64,000 nt of DNA, taken from Marsupella aquatica (lineage: Eukaryota; Plantae; Marchantiophyta). Below are positions 1-14,264 of this stretch, in pieces; the stretch's first letter is position 1, and each line of letters begins with the position of its first letter. The stretch spans positions 2,331,927 through 2,395,926 of the forward strand of contig OZ316898.1 of NCBI GenBank assembly GCA_973895155.1, written 5' to 3'. The notes under the pieces are model-generated. The model was not told the DNA's origin and ran no database searches. It saw only the letters and a program-made list of their open reading frames with translations. The translations under genes were made by a program, and so were the position numbers.

Positions 1-311
1 GCCTTCTCAGAACCTCTGCCGCACCATCTGCTAGCAAGCTCCGGGCGAGCTGCCTTCACTTTGTGCGGGATTTGGCAGGCTCGAGCCAATGCCATGCCTC
101 TGGTCCCAATCCTCACCACGGCAACAGCTCCAGCCTCTCGACTACCCCTTCCCCCAAAACTGCTGCCATCCACACCCGAAATTCCTGCCGGTCCGCTGGC
201 GGTAGTCTTGGAGCATCCTCCACAGAGTGTAGTAGCAGGAGCTGCTGATGCTGATGCTGATCCTGCTTGGAGCGAACTCACAGCTCGAACACTCATTGTA
301 GCTGCCATCAT
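1..311 (-). CDS. 5' part of a host gene running off the window; Ser/Ala-rich N-terminus resembling a plastid transit peptide
   Basis: Manual translation from ATG 311 gives MMAATMSVRAVSSLQAGSASASAAPATTLCGG...SRWCGRGSEK, open to position 1, with no recognisable domain inside the window. Confidence 0.5.
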   Translation of the reverse strand, partial: MMAATMSVRAVSSLQAGSASASAAPATTLCGGCSKTTASGPAGISGVDGSSFGGRGSREAGAVAVVRIGTRGMALARACQIPHKVKAARPELASRWCGRGSEK

Positions 312-647
312 CGATCACTTGCTCTACCTGCAGCTAGCTGCAATGTAACGAATTGAATAATGCCTGAATCGAATATTGGGTCTCGCATTCCGATGAATCT
401 ATGGATCTACTAATCGTCATCTCCGAAAGCAGAAGGTTGGGTCTAACAATGAGGCGAATCCCCTTCTGAGGAATGAAATTTCGAGTCTAGGTCTGGGAGA
501 GTGGAGATATAGCTCCGTGATTTCCGCTTTCTGAACGGAGTAGGATGAGTCTTCGAGTACAGTCCAATAGAGGCAGGTGACTGATCTTACGACCCTCCAC
601 ATGCGAGTTGGGTCTTCTTGCATGTGGACGGTCATAAAAAAGCGGGC

Positions 648-930
648 CCTTTACTACTCCCTAATAAATTGCAGGATTTCCTTTACCAGCTCTAAATTGC
701 AGGATCTCCCTTACCACTCTCTAAATTGCAGGATCTCTCTCACCACTCCCTTCTTTTTATCTCTCCCTGAATTCCACCCCCTAAATTGCAGGATGTCCCT
801 TACCACTAAATTCCACTCCCTCCCTTACCACTCCGTGCTTTTTATCTCTCCCTGAATTCCACTCCCTAAACTGCAGGATGTCCCTTACCACTAAATCCAC
901 TCCCTTCCTTACCACTCCCTAAATTGCACT
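648..930. repeat. Degenerate ~29-bp tandem repeat (ccttaccactcyctaaattgcaggatstc)
   Basis: 'taaattgcagga' and 'cttaccact' recur several times upstream of the gene at 1-311. Confidence 0.8.
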
Positions 931-1729
931 AGGGTTGGTCTCAAAACCATTCAAATAATTCAAACTGGAATGGTCATTTCTGAGTTGCTAGTATTTACAC
1001 TAACAGCTACTGTACTGTTTTGGAACTTGTAATGAGTCCTTTGCTTGGATTTTTCCAGTTAATCCATAAGGATCAAGCATTACCTAGTGCTAGTGGTTTT
1101 CCAGACAACGTCGTTTGAAATTCTAATTGATATAAATTATCTTGTCCTTCTATGTGTGAGGTGCACAAGTCCTTTTCTTGACTTTATATCTCATTTTATT
1201 TTTGTCATTTCTTGACAACTTTGTCTGTTTGTTCTGATTTTAAGGGCAGGACCTCAAAGGCTAAAAAGTTTCTTGCCTCCAGTAGTCTCTCACTCAAGTG
1301 CTAAGGGGAAAAATTCTTGAGAGTTGCCCAAATGCAAGTTGGCTTGTAGCAATGACCCTAGCGCTTAGGCACGGAGGTGAGTGCCCTAGACGTACACGAG
1401 CCCTAGATGAAAAAGAAAGGACAGGGATTTAGAACCGCCTTGCATGTGTGAGGTCCTTAGTTTTCAGGCTCTCAACTCCACCAATGACAATAAAATATTG
1501 ACTGAGCATTTTGTGGAAGAACCACCTCTTCAGGCAGGGCTTATGGCATGAAGAGTGGAGAGTCAAGGGCAAGAAACTTTCAGTGACATTGTCACCAAAA
1601 AGTGAGCACAATTTTCTGTTTATGTCATAAAATCAACAAAGTGTTTCAAGGCAAAGTCAATTACAGAGTATGTTACAAAATAAACTAAAAACTGCAATCC
1701 TTCATGTGTGATGACAAAGGATCAGCAAC

Positions 1730-2075
1730 TATGCATGCAATGGGATTCACAATGACCTACAATAGTTGTCACCTGATGTGGTATGTACCAATGTGATATG
1801 TTGTGAGACTTTCAAGCTTTGAGAAGACAGTGGGCCATTTCCAAAAATATACATAAAATGTTGGAAGAAGCATGAAAGATAAGTACCTTGTCAGAATGCA
1901 GCAATGAAGATTCTAAATCTTGTATGCAATGCGGATTCACAATGACCTACAAAAGTTGTGCACTGATGTGCTATGTATTGATGTGATGTGTTGCAAGAAT
2001 GAGCAACTTTGAGAAGTAGGCTGTTTCCAAAATTTTGCATAAAAGTTGGAATGAGCATCAAAGATAAGTATTCTA
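1730..2075. repeat. Diverged ~190-bp direct duplication
   Basis: 'ggattcacaatgacctacaa...ctttgagaag...aaagataagta' occurs at ~1743-1886 and ~1933-2070. Confidence 0.75.
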
Positions 2076-2301
2076 TCAAAAATGTGGCTAGAGGGTCCAT
2101 GGACAGGTGGATGAGTGATGCCAAAGAGTTTGCAATCTTATTCCATGTCTCTAGTTGGGATTCCTAAACAAGGCTATAGTGCTTGCCAAACAGTGGCAGT
2201 ACAAATCACAAGCAGAATTTGACAAAAGTGAATTGTTGCTGTTCATGGAGTTTCAACCAAAATAGCCTTAGTCCAAATATCTACCACATTCAACATATCA
2301 C

Positions 2302-2585
2302 TCAGGGGTTTTTATTTCCATGGAATCCGCACATCACATGTGACAAAGAATATGGTTATTTTATGGGGTTTAAGGGAAGACTTAGAAAGTTTTGTGGAAG
2401 AAGTTTCAGGTCCTTTAAATCCAATTCTGAGTCTTGTAACAACATTTAGTGTACTTTTAATCAAAATTTTGGAATATTTTGGAATATTCTAACTTTATAG
2501 TGGCTAAAAATTTTGCATTTTAGGGATCCAAGGCTTAAAAACATTGCAGGTGATGGGGGGACCTCTACATAGTGAGACCCTCGAG
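2302..2585. mobile_element. Degenerate MITE-sized non-autonomous relative of the P-like transposon at 34370-43901
   Basis: The reverse complement of the right end (ctcgagggtctcactatgtagaggtccccccatcac) aligns to the P-like left end (ctcgggggcctcagtatatagagacccccatatcac). The left ~100 bp align to the reverse complement of the P-like right end, including 'gaagactt..ttttgtkgaagaa'. No intact TSD is visible. Confidence 0.7.
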
Positions 2586-5500
2586 AGTGTATAACTTTCT
2601 ATTCAAACCAGCATCAATTTTAAAATAGTGTCACAACATTACTTATTAAGAGCATCCGCACCAGTACCCAGCATCAGGCATTGGGCCCGCATATGTAATG
2701 TTTCAGGGAAGCAGTCAAAGTAGGGTTGCACCGGCCGCCGCTATCAAGAAAGTTTTCACAGCCAGCGCCTCAATAAGTTTTCCCAACTTCCATATTCCTT
2801 GTTTTTCCAAGTTGCCATTCACTTTTTGGCAGTGCTGCGAAAATGGATATATGCTGGTTCTATTGCCACATGTCTGCATCTGCAATGGGCTCAACATTCC
2901 CTACTTTTTTTTAATGTTGGGATTTGGGCTCCAGGCTCTGGCAACGCGCATTGGAAAGCTCGTTTCTGCCATCGACAGGCCTAACATTGAGCTCAATCGT
3001 TGCTCTCACGTTCTGCTTGTGGGTGACTGATTTGTGGTCCCTATCAGGTACATTTGAACAGTGCACAATGAGCTTGTGCATCAATCGTAGTTGTGTACAA
3101 ATGGCTGCTCAAAGGGGAAGAACTTTGCTCCACCAGAATTGAGACAGTTGTGCTATTCGTACTTGGAAATTTTGTAGGACCCATCTGTTAGTTGGGGACA
3201 GAAAAAGGAGAATTTATGGGAGCGTGTAGGGGAGCACTACGATCTGCGCCTACAATCTCTGCCTCTAGGCAAGAAGCGCAGCCATCTCTAGTCCACTATG
3301 ATGTTCCGATAAATTTGATTGAAAGCTCGTAGGGGCGCGGGCTATGGTGTTCTCTATTTGGAAGAAAAAGAATTTTTTGATTATTTGCACGACATCGACA
3401 ATTTTCACGGTAATTTGTGGGTTCAAACTGCCTGTAGTCATGTTTAACTACAGTAAAGTGTTTTGCTGAGCCTTTTTGCTAGGCACTGGTGCAAGGGTGT
3501 AATTCGATTCAGGCAGGGGAGTGATGCAAGCCATTCGCACCCTGCCAAACTGTCTACGATGCAGGCGTCCAGCCCCAAAATCGATGCGGATGCTCTAGAG
3601 ACAAACACTAATTCTGAGATAAGACCAATTATCACGTAGCAGTGAACAATGTAACTAGTGAGTGGAACTTAGACTCAATAGAGCTACTGTACTTGAGAAA
3701 TATGGAGAGCTTAGTCTATGGAGACTCAATATGGCCAACAAACTTAGAGTCCAATAAAGTTTTTTGTGTATTCCCATGGACGTAGCCTCAAAAAACATGA
3801 ACCACATATTTCCGGTGTTGACTGTTGGTGAGTTAGTTGGATATTGCACATGTGCATGTTGTCTTATGAGTAACGGTTGTTTGCTCACCATAGAGGACAA
3901 ACACCAAATTGGAAAGAAGAAGGCAAATATAATTTCCAAACCTAAAAAGAAGACAAACGAGAAATAAAGATCTACCACTGCAAAGAGTGATGATCTAATG
4001 ATCCTTGTCTAATGTGGGAACTAGTGTCGCAACTAAGTCTGCAAGTCATAGGGAGGCCAATTATGAGAGCAAAATTGGACAATATTGTAGTTGTTGCATG
4101 TAAAGCATTAAACTCTAATTAGCAAAGCCTATTATGGTACCCCAACCCAAACTCACTCTAATTAGTAGTATGCAAAGTCACATGCCCAATTATTGGGTTT
4201 AAGAAGAAAGGTCTTTGTAGTATTTTTGCTTTACCATTGGGAGAAATGTGGGGATAAATTGCCAAGTTGAGGTTCATTTGCCAGATGAAAGACCCTCATC
4301 ATGATTGTCAATAATTTCTTCCACCATTAATGCAAAAGCAAGCTTCCAACTCACCACCATTCCCTCGTAAAAAAATTAAAAATGGCCCACCACCCCCAAT
4401 AACTGGCCTTGCAAGGGCCAAGAGTGCCCTAGCAGCTCTTGCCACCTGTGTCCCTTCAATACCTCCCTCCCTCCTTCATGATCCTGCCAAGGCTCTCATA
4501 CAAGCAGCATTGTACCAGGCTCCCACTGTTGCCCTTCCTCCCTCCTTCACACTCTCTTCGTCACATCTCAAGACTTGCATCAGGAGAGGTTGGTGACCCC
4601 TGGGTCCTCCCTCCTCCCATGTATACACCCTGTCCCTACCCTCCTCACAACTGTCTCCCACAGACTCCACTCGCACTTGTCTCCTCATAAGGGCTACCCC
4701 ACTCACGCCCATCTTCCATACCATGTCGTGTACGTAATTTTGGCAACAAGGCCCAACCATGGCTACCGTACTCTGGGATACACCCCTTGTCCACACCAAT
4801 TTTTATTCAAATATGAGTGTACTGGCCCATTATCTGTGCATTGCAAGATTGTTGTTGCAGCTATGTTAGAATCAGCATGACAATGCCCATGCATTGCCAC
4901 AAAAATGTCAGGTGAGGCAAAGAAGTGCAGGTGAGGCAAGGAAGGGTTGTAGCTTGAGTCATATAACTTGGGTCATGTCATCTGTGTAGTCATGTTGCAT
5001 TTGTGTATGTGCCATCATTTTGGATAGGTATCCATTATTACAAAATGGTTTTGGTCAATATTGGTGTTGCAATTGCCTCATTGTTGGGAAGGCAAGGGTG
5101 TAGGAGGGCAGGGGGATTGCAAGATGGGGTGAAGGCAACCGGCATGCAGTTAGGTCCAGGCATGCTCGTGCAGCCCCAAGAAGTGAACCTTTTTTTTTTT
5201 TCAGCCCTATTTTTTGTCACCTCATATTTTCCCACTTACCCACACCTTCTTCCTTACTGTGAACTATTAGCCTTAACTATTAGTTCTAGTCTCCCTATTA
5301 GAATCCACGAGTGAGGACTCCCAGCACACTGCTGCATCAGATCAATCAGTTCATCCTCCTGGGCAGCTCCTCGTTATAACCCAACCCAACTCTCTTCTAG
5401 ATTGGTTAGGAACACCACTGCTAAGGTTGCTTTACAACTGCGTGGAACCCAGAATGTATTACTTTGAGAGAGGGGCCTACTAGTCATTATAGTAAACGTG

Positions 5501-5743
5501 CCCCACATGTGTTCAACCGGAAGCAAGCTAGAGTTGACAACAATGGAATTGCACCAAGGAGATCATGATTTGTAGGCCCATAATGAGCCTGTCGTAGAGA
5601 ATGTAGAGGCCAATAAAATGCACATCACACTAGACAACTCAGCTCAGCATCCGAACTGATTGCTATCCTCACGTGTATATGTATAATGCCGACTATAGTC
5701 TACTCCTAGAGAAACAAAATTCATCTAACGTGTTGGGTTCCCA

Positions 5744-8700
5744 TCAAACATCGTCATCGGAATCAGCCTCTTGAAACACAGAGCGTTTACCATTTCTAGC
5801 TGTGATGAGTTTACTAATTTTACCGTTATTTTTGGAGCCCAGTTTACTGATATCGTGTTTGCTGTTTTTGTTGCGTTTGGTAGGTTCACTAAGTTTCTCT
5901 GCTTTTTGTAATTTACTTGTTTTGAGTTTCTTGGCTTTGGTCTCGTGAGATGATTTAATGGGCTCAATGGTCTCTAAATTGCCTTCTTCACTAGCTATGT
6001 CATCATCACCGTCATCATCATCACTGCTCATGTCTAGACCAGCCTCCAGAAGTCCATCAGCCTCCTCGTCCTCACTGTCATCATATTCCTCATCCACTTC
6101 TGATCCGTCGAAGTCGTCATCCTTTTCATTCAGCTCAATTTCATCTTCACTCTCGACATCGCCTTCCTCATCACTGTCACCTCCATCATCCATCTCCAAA
6201 TCAGCTTCTTTCTCAAGAAGGAGATCAACTTCTTCATCGTCACTGTCATCTCCTTCAATGACCTCACTCCCAAGTAGACCTCCTGTAATGTCATCCTCAT
6301 CATCGTCCGTTTTCTTCTTCTTTTTGAGCTTGCGCTTGCCAAGAGTTGATTTTGTCACATAAAATTTGTGGAACACAAGGTCTTCAGGGGCAACCTGGTC
6401 TTCTGTCAATAATGAGAACTCCTCTCCGACTGGGCGGGATGATAAAGCTCCCTGGGGACAACAGCCAAGAAAACAGCGTGTCAAGAAAAAGCAAGAATCC
6501 TTCAAAATGCGAATTCAGGTTCACGACAGAAAACTGAACTGGACCACATTGTATTTCCATCTCGCGAGAGCGTTCAAATTCTGCCCAATCAACTTTCGAT
6601 GGTAGGATATAAGCCTCGAATGGTCGTAACAGGTGACCAAGAATAAAGGTTCCCAATTACAAGAAAGGCCTAAAAAACACTGCGTTTACAAGAACTCGAC
6701 ACATACCATTCTGGAAGGCAACGTTAATGACGAGCCATGCCAAGTCCCAGCCTGCTTGACTTTTAAGGGCTTCGGCTTTTTCTCCGCAAATCGATCCAGG
6801 AAAACCCCTAAAGCAAGATCCCTCAGCGGGTCTCCATTGTAAACTATATTAGCCCCTGAAAGCAGGGTACGTGCCATGGTAGCGACTGAAGGATGCACAT
6901 GGCATGCCAACATTGTAAGCTCCCACCAACATGTTCTGTGAGCATTACTGCATTTGGAACGCTAATGCATGGTTAGTCGCAGAATACCACTGAATTGTGA
7001 TGCAACTGTTTAGTAGGTGATGCAACTGTTTAGTAGGTAAAGATGACAGCAACATATGATACCTGGATTCAGTAAATATACTAAACACGATTGTGGAAGG
7101 TGATTTATCAGGCCTCACCAATACAACGGATCTCGATGTTTAGGGTCATAAGAACCTTTCTTAGGCCAAACATCTTCTGCTTCAGTCGGTTTTGATAGCT
7201 TCTGATCCGTATCGTTCCCCATACCGTCGGAATCTAGGTCTTTCACATCTTCAAAATGTTCGTCCTCCTCGTCGTTTTCCTCTGCTTGAAGAACGGAATT
7301 CCTTTACAACAGAGAAAAGAACACATGACTCGTGTCTTGCCCTTATCTCCATAGAATTAAATGACCAACCAAAAGTCACAGAGCAAGGAAAACGTCTCCT
7401 TGCACCCTCCAAGGCGGCCACCACAACAAAACGAAGTAAAAAAACGAGAAAATCGCACAATTTGCAAATTGATGAATTTTGCACTGGTAATACAGTTAAA
7501 ACAGAAAATCTCACAGTTGCAATTTCACACGACATTTCTCACCACCAGGTTTTCCTAGCCAAAATTCATAGCTTCCCAAGACAATAAACTCGTGAGACTA
7601 GAAACTGCCTAAACGTACCAGAGACTAGGTCTCGCTTTGAGAACCTCTGAGAGTAGCAACAGGGAACCACAGGCAAACTGAGGAGGGTGATGCATTGCAA
7701 CCTGAAGAGAAGCACAAACGATCAGTAAACCACTAAAAGAAAAAGAGTCTTCCTCTTAAGACTGAACCCCTGAAGCCATTTAGATAGAGTCCTGAGTTTA
7801 CTGACTATGACATCATAGACTTGAGAGCAATCATTATACCAAGATCCATAGAACTCTCATCAATAGATGGAATACATATCGCCAACCAAATCTAGAACTC
7901 AGCAACTACGAGCTACGGAGAGAATTGGTGCGGTTAGTATAGGTTGAGCAATTCCTTGAGGCCGTGTGTGCATTTTTATGTGTACGACCGATATCAATCT
8001 AGCACTAACGAGCCAAACGAAAATCACTTTGTGGAACTCGCAGTTCATTGCTATGATAAACAAATAATGCTTATCCTGAAGAGACTCCTCAAGTGGTGAA
8101 AAGAGGAGTTGCATTGTAACAAAGGAATGCGTTACAGTAAACTTGTTCTCACCTGTATCAATCGTTTGGCAAAAGCTGAAATCCGTCTGGTATCGACGTC
8201 AGACTTTAAGGCCTTATAAATCAATCCAAGAAACATCTCTGCCTGCATTCAATTCAAACAATGAAAAATTAGTTGCATTCCTTGAATGTTACAACCTGAA
8301 TTTGAAGAGTCCACAGATACCCCGTAAGGAGCCCTGTAAAGCAGTAAGAATGGAGGCTGTACGCCAAGGAGGTGATAGACACTTCAAACTGCATGGTTTG
8401 GAGAATTGCGTGTGGTTCATGTTTCAAACTTGCGTTAGAGACAAAAAAGAAATCATACCTTTGATGACTTGAAAAGGTTTTTAGATAGGAGAACGGAATA
8501 AAGAGCTCGGTAAAATCTGTCACTGATCGCTTGGCTTTTCGTCAACAATTGATGAAGAAGCATCAAGGCTTGCACGGCGACATTGAAATTGGTGGAGTGA
8601 ACCTGTATCATACCACTATGATTTATCAGCTTTGTCATTTAGGTCGAGGGCACGACACAGACTACTATTGGATCTTTGGTTCTATATCAGGAAGTTCCTT

Positions 8701-11700
8701 GCTAACAGATTGCGGACATGAACAACCATAGCACAAGATCGAAATCAGCCACGACTATGGTACAAATGTTCAAGAGAGGAATTCATGGAGTGTACCAGTC
8801 GGAAAAGCACAGTGTTCTCTTGTGTCACAGTATCCAGATCCTCTGCCTTAATATAAGGAAGAGCCCTATTTACACCCTGAAGATTTTCAGTGCAGCAAGT
8901 CAGTTCGCCCTAATAAGCAAGATGAATTCCTCAATTCGAAACGTTGCTTTTTGAATGACATGAGAGCATAGATTTATTGAACAGTAATTCCTTTGAAATC
9001 TCGAAATCCAGCACTGCCACTTAGCTGCAGATTGCCACCAAAGTAACAACAGCTGAATGCCATGTGATTTCTGCTGCATAGGCCGTGCAAATTACGAAGT
9101 AGAAAGAAGCATCAACTTACTGTCAGTAAGGCTGAAAGAAGCCTTGAATCTATTTCCATCATGAAGTTGGCAGCTTTCTCCTTCTCCTTGGCTTTTATAG
9201 AACCATTGTTCAGCCCCTTCCCAAAACCTTTTTTCCGGCCCTTGTCTCCTTTCTTTCTCTTGCTACTTGAGTCATGATCCTCCTCGTCAACTACAGACGT
9301 GACAGCCTGTAAAAATCTCAAACATGTCAACTTGACTACATTTTTGGTACTACTACCTTCCACATTTTCGCCGCACTTCCCCTAGGCCTCCTAATGAACC
9401 GACATTGCAGAACTTGTTTTCTGAATGTTGTGGAGGCTAATAACATTGGACGAAATACGAAGCACCTTCTGTGACATAGAAACTACCCTCACACTGGAAA
9501 CAAGCATAAGGAAAATGAAACTTAAAGGTTAAGGAAGGAGGAGTATACTACCTTAAACAGGGAAAAATAAAGATCAATCAATTGTTTGGCAAGCTTCGGT
9601 CCATCTCCTTTGTTACTGAGCACAATTTGATTCAAAAAGACTGCCTGGTATTCAAAAAGCATTAAAACATAACCAATCAGAAAAAGTTCATTGAAATGGC
9701 TCTCAGCTCTCGCATTTACTAAATTGCCACATGGTGATCATTCTCCATGCGGTTAACGGTATAAAATGTAAAACTTTTAGAAGCCTTCGCAGCAATCCAC
9801 AACACCCAACTTTTTGCACATCGCGCAACCAAGACAAACACTCTATCAAACGAAAGAAGGTAGGTATACCCCATAATAGCTTGCTCGCAAACCAACATGT
9901 GGTCGGAAGACGAACGCTTCAACTTCATCTACGACCACTTTCTGCACCCAAAAGCAACCAACCGAGTCAGAAATAAGCAAGAAGACTCAGCAAACTTCAA
10001 TTGGGGATAGGTCCAGAGCACAAGACACTTCAGTTTCAGGGAGATCCAGCACAATGCATTTTGGCGTGTAGAGTACAACCATATCTGCTTTCCACATACA
10101 TATCCCAATCAGATGACTTGACTATAGAAAACGCTTTGGACAGAAATAGTCCAAGGGGCAAGATCAACGACAAAGCAGGTATACAACCACAGATCCTAGC
10201 TCGTGTCAACAGAATTAGATGACACTGATAATGATACCTTCATATTCGGATGGGCAGTCAAAAGGCTAGATAGCAGGTAGCTTGCGTTTGAGGCCATTTT
10301 CCGCTCAGGATCTCCCAGCTGAACAAGAGAAGTTAACGACTTAAAATGATGCGAGTAACATAATCCATGTACAAAAATTCTCATAAGACGCAAGAAATCA
10401 GCTTAATAACTTGACGATCACGTACAATCCTCTTAGAACTTTACGAATTTCAGGGACCAAACGAGCATAAAAGTACGTACGCGAAGGTTCTGCCTCTTAC
10501 TTTATTCACAAGTGTTGATAGGAGCCGTCTTTCTTGCTCTGGCTTTGACTTTAGTAGCTCATACACTGTCTGCGCTGGGTTTGACAAGATACGAGAAAAT
10601 TAGGAGACACAAATTTGGGGCACAGATCAGCGACAAAAGTCGACATTATTTATCCACAGGGTTGATTCGCATGCCACACAGACAACCATTCTTCCATAGA
10701 AAGAGGAATCAGGGATCTGCACACTTGCTGTAAACTCATTTCCAGCTTTATCATTTAAGCAAGATCAAACACCTGTTCCTAAAACACATTCAACTCATTC
10801 TTAGGAGACAACATCCATGTTAGTTTATTACTTCATCTCATAACGATGACAAATACCACCACTATGGTGAACGAGAGGCATCCCGCAAGAGCAACTGTAC
10901 GGACCTTTAGAGCCTTTTCCTTGAGGAAACTCAGCGTATCCTTTGTGGCTTCTTCCAGAGCAAGAACATATTTCTCATACCTGATCCACAAGATACAATC
11001 GATTCAAATCAGACACGACTGAGCCTAAAATCTCGCCATTTTCCTTGGGCGATCAAATTGTCAATTCAAGGAAACAAGGATTGCTCATCGCGTTCAAACC
11101 TGAGATAATTCCGTGGTTTAATTTCTAAATAATTACGTGGAAAGCTGAATCGAGAGGCAGAAAAAGGATTTGAACCTGCGCCAAGCATGAGTAACAAGAC
11201 TAAGAGCCTCATCCGCAGCTTTTGGCATATTCTTTTTGCATTAGAATCTGCCGCTCTTGAAAATTCATAGCTGAGCGGAATCGAAGAAACAGCTTTCATA
11301 ACAAGGGCGCTCCAGTATACCTGTGTTTCAGGCAGTCCTCCCAGATCCATTCCACCAGTGTGGATGCCCGCTCCTTGTTCTGAGGCAGACTTTCAACAGG
11401 CTGTTGTGCGAAGTACTTGAGTTTCCGGTCTGGCAGAAGACTGATTGGAGACACACAAGCCTATTTATTTGTCAGATGCTAGAAAAATCGCTCTTTAAGC
11501 AAAGCTAATATGTCAAATGCAGAAGTGGGTCACAAAAAAATGACAACTTACTTGAAAACAAATAGCTCCTTCAACGCATCGATGCCAGTTGCTGCATGCC
11601 GTTTGCCTGCCTTTGACGTTAACATACCTGCAGCATGGCAAAATTCAACAGATTAGAATAACCTGGTCTCGGCCCTTCCCACCCACATAGGAATGCAACA

Positions 11701-12881
11701 ATTTCTGCCTGTAAATTTTAAAATTGCGATACCCCATTATTCCTCTTCTATATACGCCCATTGATGAATGAAAGTCGCTTAATTAACTTCGGCAGTGTGG
11801 GCTGTTCATCACTACGCTGCATTACTGAAGGTAGGGCACGATTAAACAAGTGGAAAGTAGGACCCCAATTCCTCGCAGGCCTCCGAGATTTCATTAGGGC
11901 CGCTGGAAATTGCACTTGTAGAAATACGAATTTCCATCGTCAAATGCGGTAATTACGTGCAAATGTTGCCAAAAACGTTGAGATGAGAAACAAGTTCGAG
12001 GTACCTATGAGTGCATCGAGGGTTCGTACGTTGGCTTTGGGATTGTCCTGCAAAATAACAGTCATGGCTGCAACTCTATCTGTCGAGGTACCGGATCGGC
12101 GAGCTTGCATAAGCCACTGTGCGTCACTGTCATGTTGACGAGAGCGATCATACTCCTGGGCAGCCTTATCCAGCAGCTGCTGCGCTTCCTCTCGCAGCTT
12201 TCGGACAGAATCGGCATCGCCAAATCCGAAGAAGCTGCGCTTTAGAGGGAGAGCTTCTCGATGGTCATCCCCCTGTGGATCATTCCAGCTCCCCTTCCGT
12301 TTCTTCGTGTTCTGGAAATCCGTCCCTTCCAAGGCCGCATTCAATACCTCGTGAATTTTGCTCGACCCCGGCTCAGGTTGATTGCCCTTGTTCACACCTC
12401 TACTGGGGCCATCAGCAGCAACCCCATTGCTCTTTTCCTTGTTGACCTTCCTAGGCTTCTCATCATTGTCCTCGCGAGAATCGTCCGTTCCAAATTCGAC
12501 CTTCTTGCTGGAAGATTTGGTCGTCGTCTTCCGAAAGGAGTCCTCGCTCTTCTTCTTCTTATCCTTCCTATCCTTCCTATCCTTCTTCTCCTGTTTAGAT
12601 CCCGCTCTGGCTGCTCCAGGTCCGTCCTCGCCAGCAGGAGATTCCGCAGACGATTTCTGCTTCCCTCCCTTGCGAACTGGCCCTTTCTTCCGAAAATCAG
12701 AGTCATCGAAGCCCCCGGAGGAAATTCCCCCGGCTGCCGAAAGTCCCAGGCTTGCAGCAAAGGATGCGACATCTGCCTGAATTGCCTGCAGGTTCTCTAC
12801 AGGAGCCTTTCGTTTCGTCAACTTCACATTCTTCGCTGCTGCTGGTGCTGCTTCATCTCCAGCAGCAACAACGTCCGCCAT
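5744..12881 (-). CDS. NOC1: Nucleolar complex protein NOC1/MAK21/CEBPZ (CBF domain; SLOW WALKER2-like), ~16 exons
   Basis: Exons reconstructed with GT-AG boundaries, e.g. 12881-12005, 11627-11552 (GMLTSKAGKRHA), 11440-11321 (LLPDRKLKYF..WEDCLK), ~10980-10905, ~10569-10501 (KPEQERRLLSTLVNK). Later exons give LGDPERKMASNASYLL..HPNMK, VVDEVEAFVFRP, IDSRLLSALLT/GVNRALPY, VHSTNFNVAVQALMLL..DRFYRALY, RRISAFAKRL, YDPKHRDPLY, WWEL..HVHPSV..YNGDPLRD..FLDRF, and an acidic tail ending at 5744. Confidence 0.95.
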
Positions 12882-13004
12882 TGAAAAGTCCCGTCAAGCG
12901 ATTCTTCTTCAGATCACCTTCTCTGCCTCATTTCTCTTCGACTCCATCGCTCACAAACATCCCATTCGTCTTGTCACTCTGAAACCCTCGAGTTCTCGAG
13001 CCTA

Positions 13005-13018
13005 AAACCCTAAACCCT
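13005..13018. promoter_or_regulatory. Telo-box (AAACCCTAAACCCT) upstream of NOC1
   Basis: Lies ~125 bp upstream of the ATG. Telo-boxes are typical of plant ribosome-biogenesis gene promoters. Confidence 0.55.
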
Positions 13019-13532
13019 CCGTCTACAGACGAACTCACATTCACATACACAAACTCCCCAATGGTGGATTTCAAAGAGTGCTAGCTGGGATGGGATCTCT
13101 ATCCAAACCTTTGAACTTGGATGGGAACTCAAACTGCTCACAGTAAGGAAGACGTCACATCCACAAACTCCGCAATGGTGGATTTCAGAGAGTGTAAGCT
13201 GGGATGGGTTCTCTATCCAAACCTTTGAGCTTGGACAGTGCACTCAAAATTCAAGGCAAAATTTGCAAAGGGTTGGGGCGTCAGGAAATGGTGCACCATT
13301 ATACTTTTCTTGTTTGGTGTGTTAATGGGATCCCTAAAAGTTGCCTGGAATTCATCCGGGCTCAGAACCTTTCTTATTTAGACCACTAGGCTGGACTCAA
13401 TATGTCATCCAGCGTAAAGATAACCTGTTTGGAACTTTCTTGTGCCAGCCATATGAAGCTCTTAGGAAGGTGAGCAATTTACTCTATATTCATCCCATCC
13501 TAGTTAAAAATACACATCTCACTCTTCTTTAA

Positions 13533-13696
13533 ACCGTCACTAGCCATATAAAAGTGAATCCAAGAGTTCTCCCTTAGTTTTCATTTTACTCTCATTCTTC
13601 TTCTCTCATGTTCCATATTGCTCCACAAATCTAGGAAATGATACTATTTATGGTGAAACCTGCTCTAACCAGGTTTTTGTCATGGCTAGTGGTGGT
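13533..13696. mobile_element. Small TIR element (MITE) flanked by TTAA
   Basis: ttaa|accgtcactagccat ... atggctagtggtggt|ttaa. Confidence 0.6.
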
Positions 13697-14264
13697 TTAA
13701 GTCCATCCCTTAGTGACATTCTATTTGTCTTGCCTTTCTGAAATACTCGAGTTCTCAAACCTGAAACCCTCAACACCAAACTAATGCTGCACCTCGTGCT
13801 ACAAGATTGTTATTATACAGGAGTCCTTATCTTAGAAAAACTCCCCTGTGATATGGATTTCAAAGAGCCATAGCTGGGAATGTCCATCCAAACCTTTCAA
13901 CTTGGACAGGATATGAAAATGGTTGTAGTCAGGAAGGCAAGCAATTTTACTCTAAATTCATCCAATCTAGTTAGAACACACACAGTCCCTTAGCGACATC
14001 CTACGTGTCTTGCCTTTCTGAAATGCTTAAGTTCTTGAACCGAAGACCCTGAACCCCAATGTACAGCTGCACTTGTGCTACAAGATGACATTCTCATCCT
14101 AAATTCCCCTATCATGAATTTAAAAGAGTGATAGCTGGGATGGAATCTCGATCCAAACCTTTTGAACTTGGGCTGATCTCAAAAGGCTCTTATTCAAGAA
14201 AGTGAGCAATTTTACTCTATATTCATGTCATCCTAGCTAAAATACACACTTCATTTCTCTTTAA

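Noticed and set aside
2650-5320. Short ORFs and GC-skewed patches
   Set aside because: No domain, splice or terminal-repeat support that I can see; probably decayed repeats.
5958-6362. 134-aa Ser-rich ORF on the + strand
   Set aside because: Antisense shadow of the acidic NOC1 tail.
12119-12982. Several overlapping + strand ORFs
   Set aside because: Antisense to the GC-rich first exon of NOC1.
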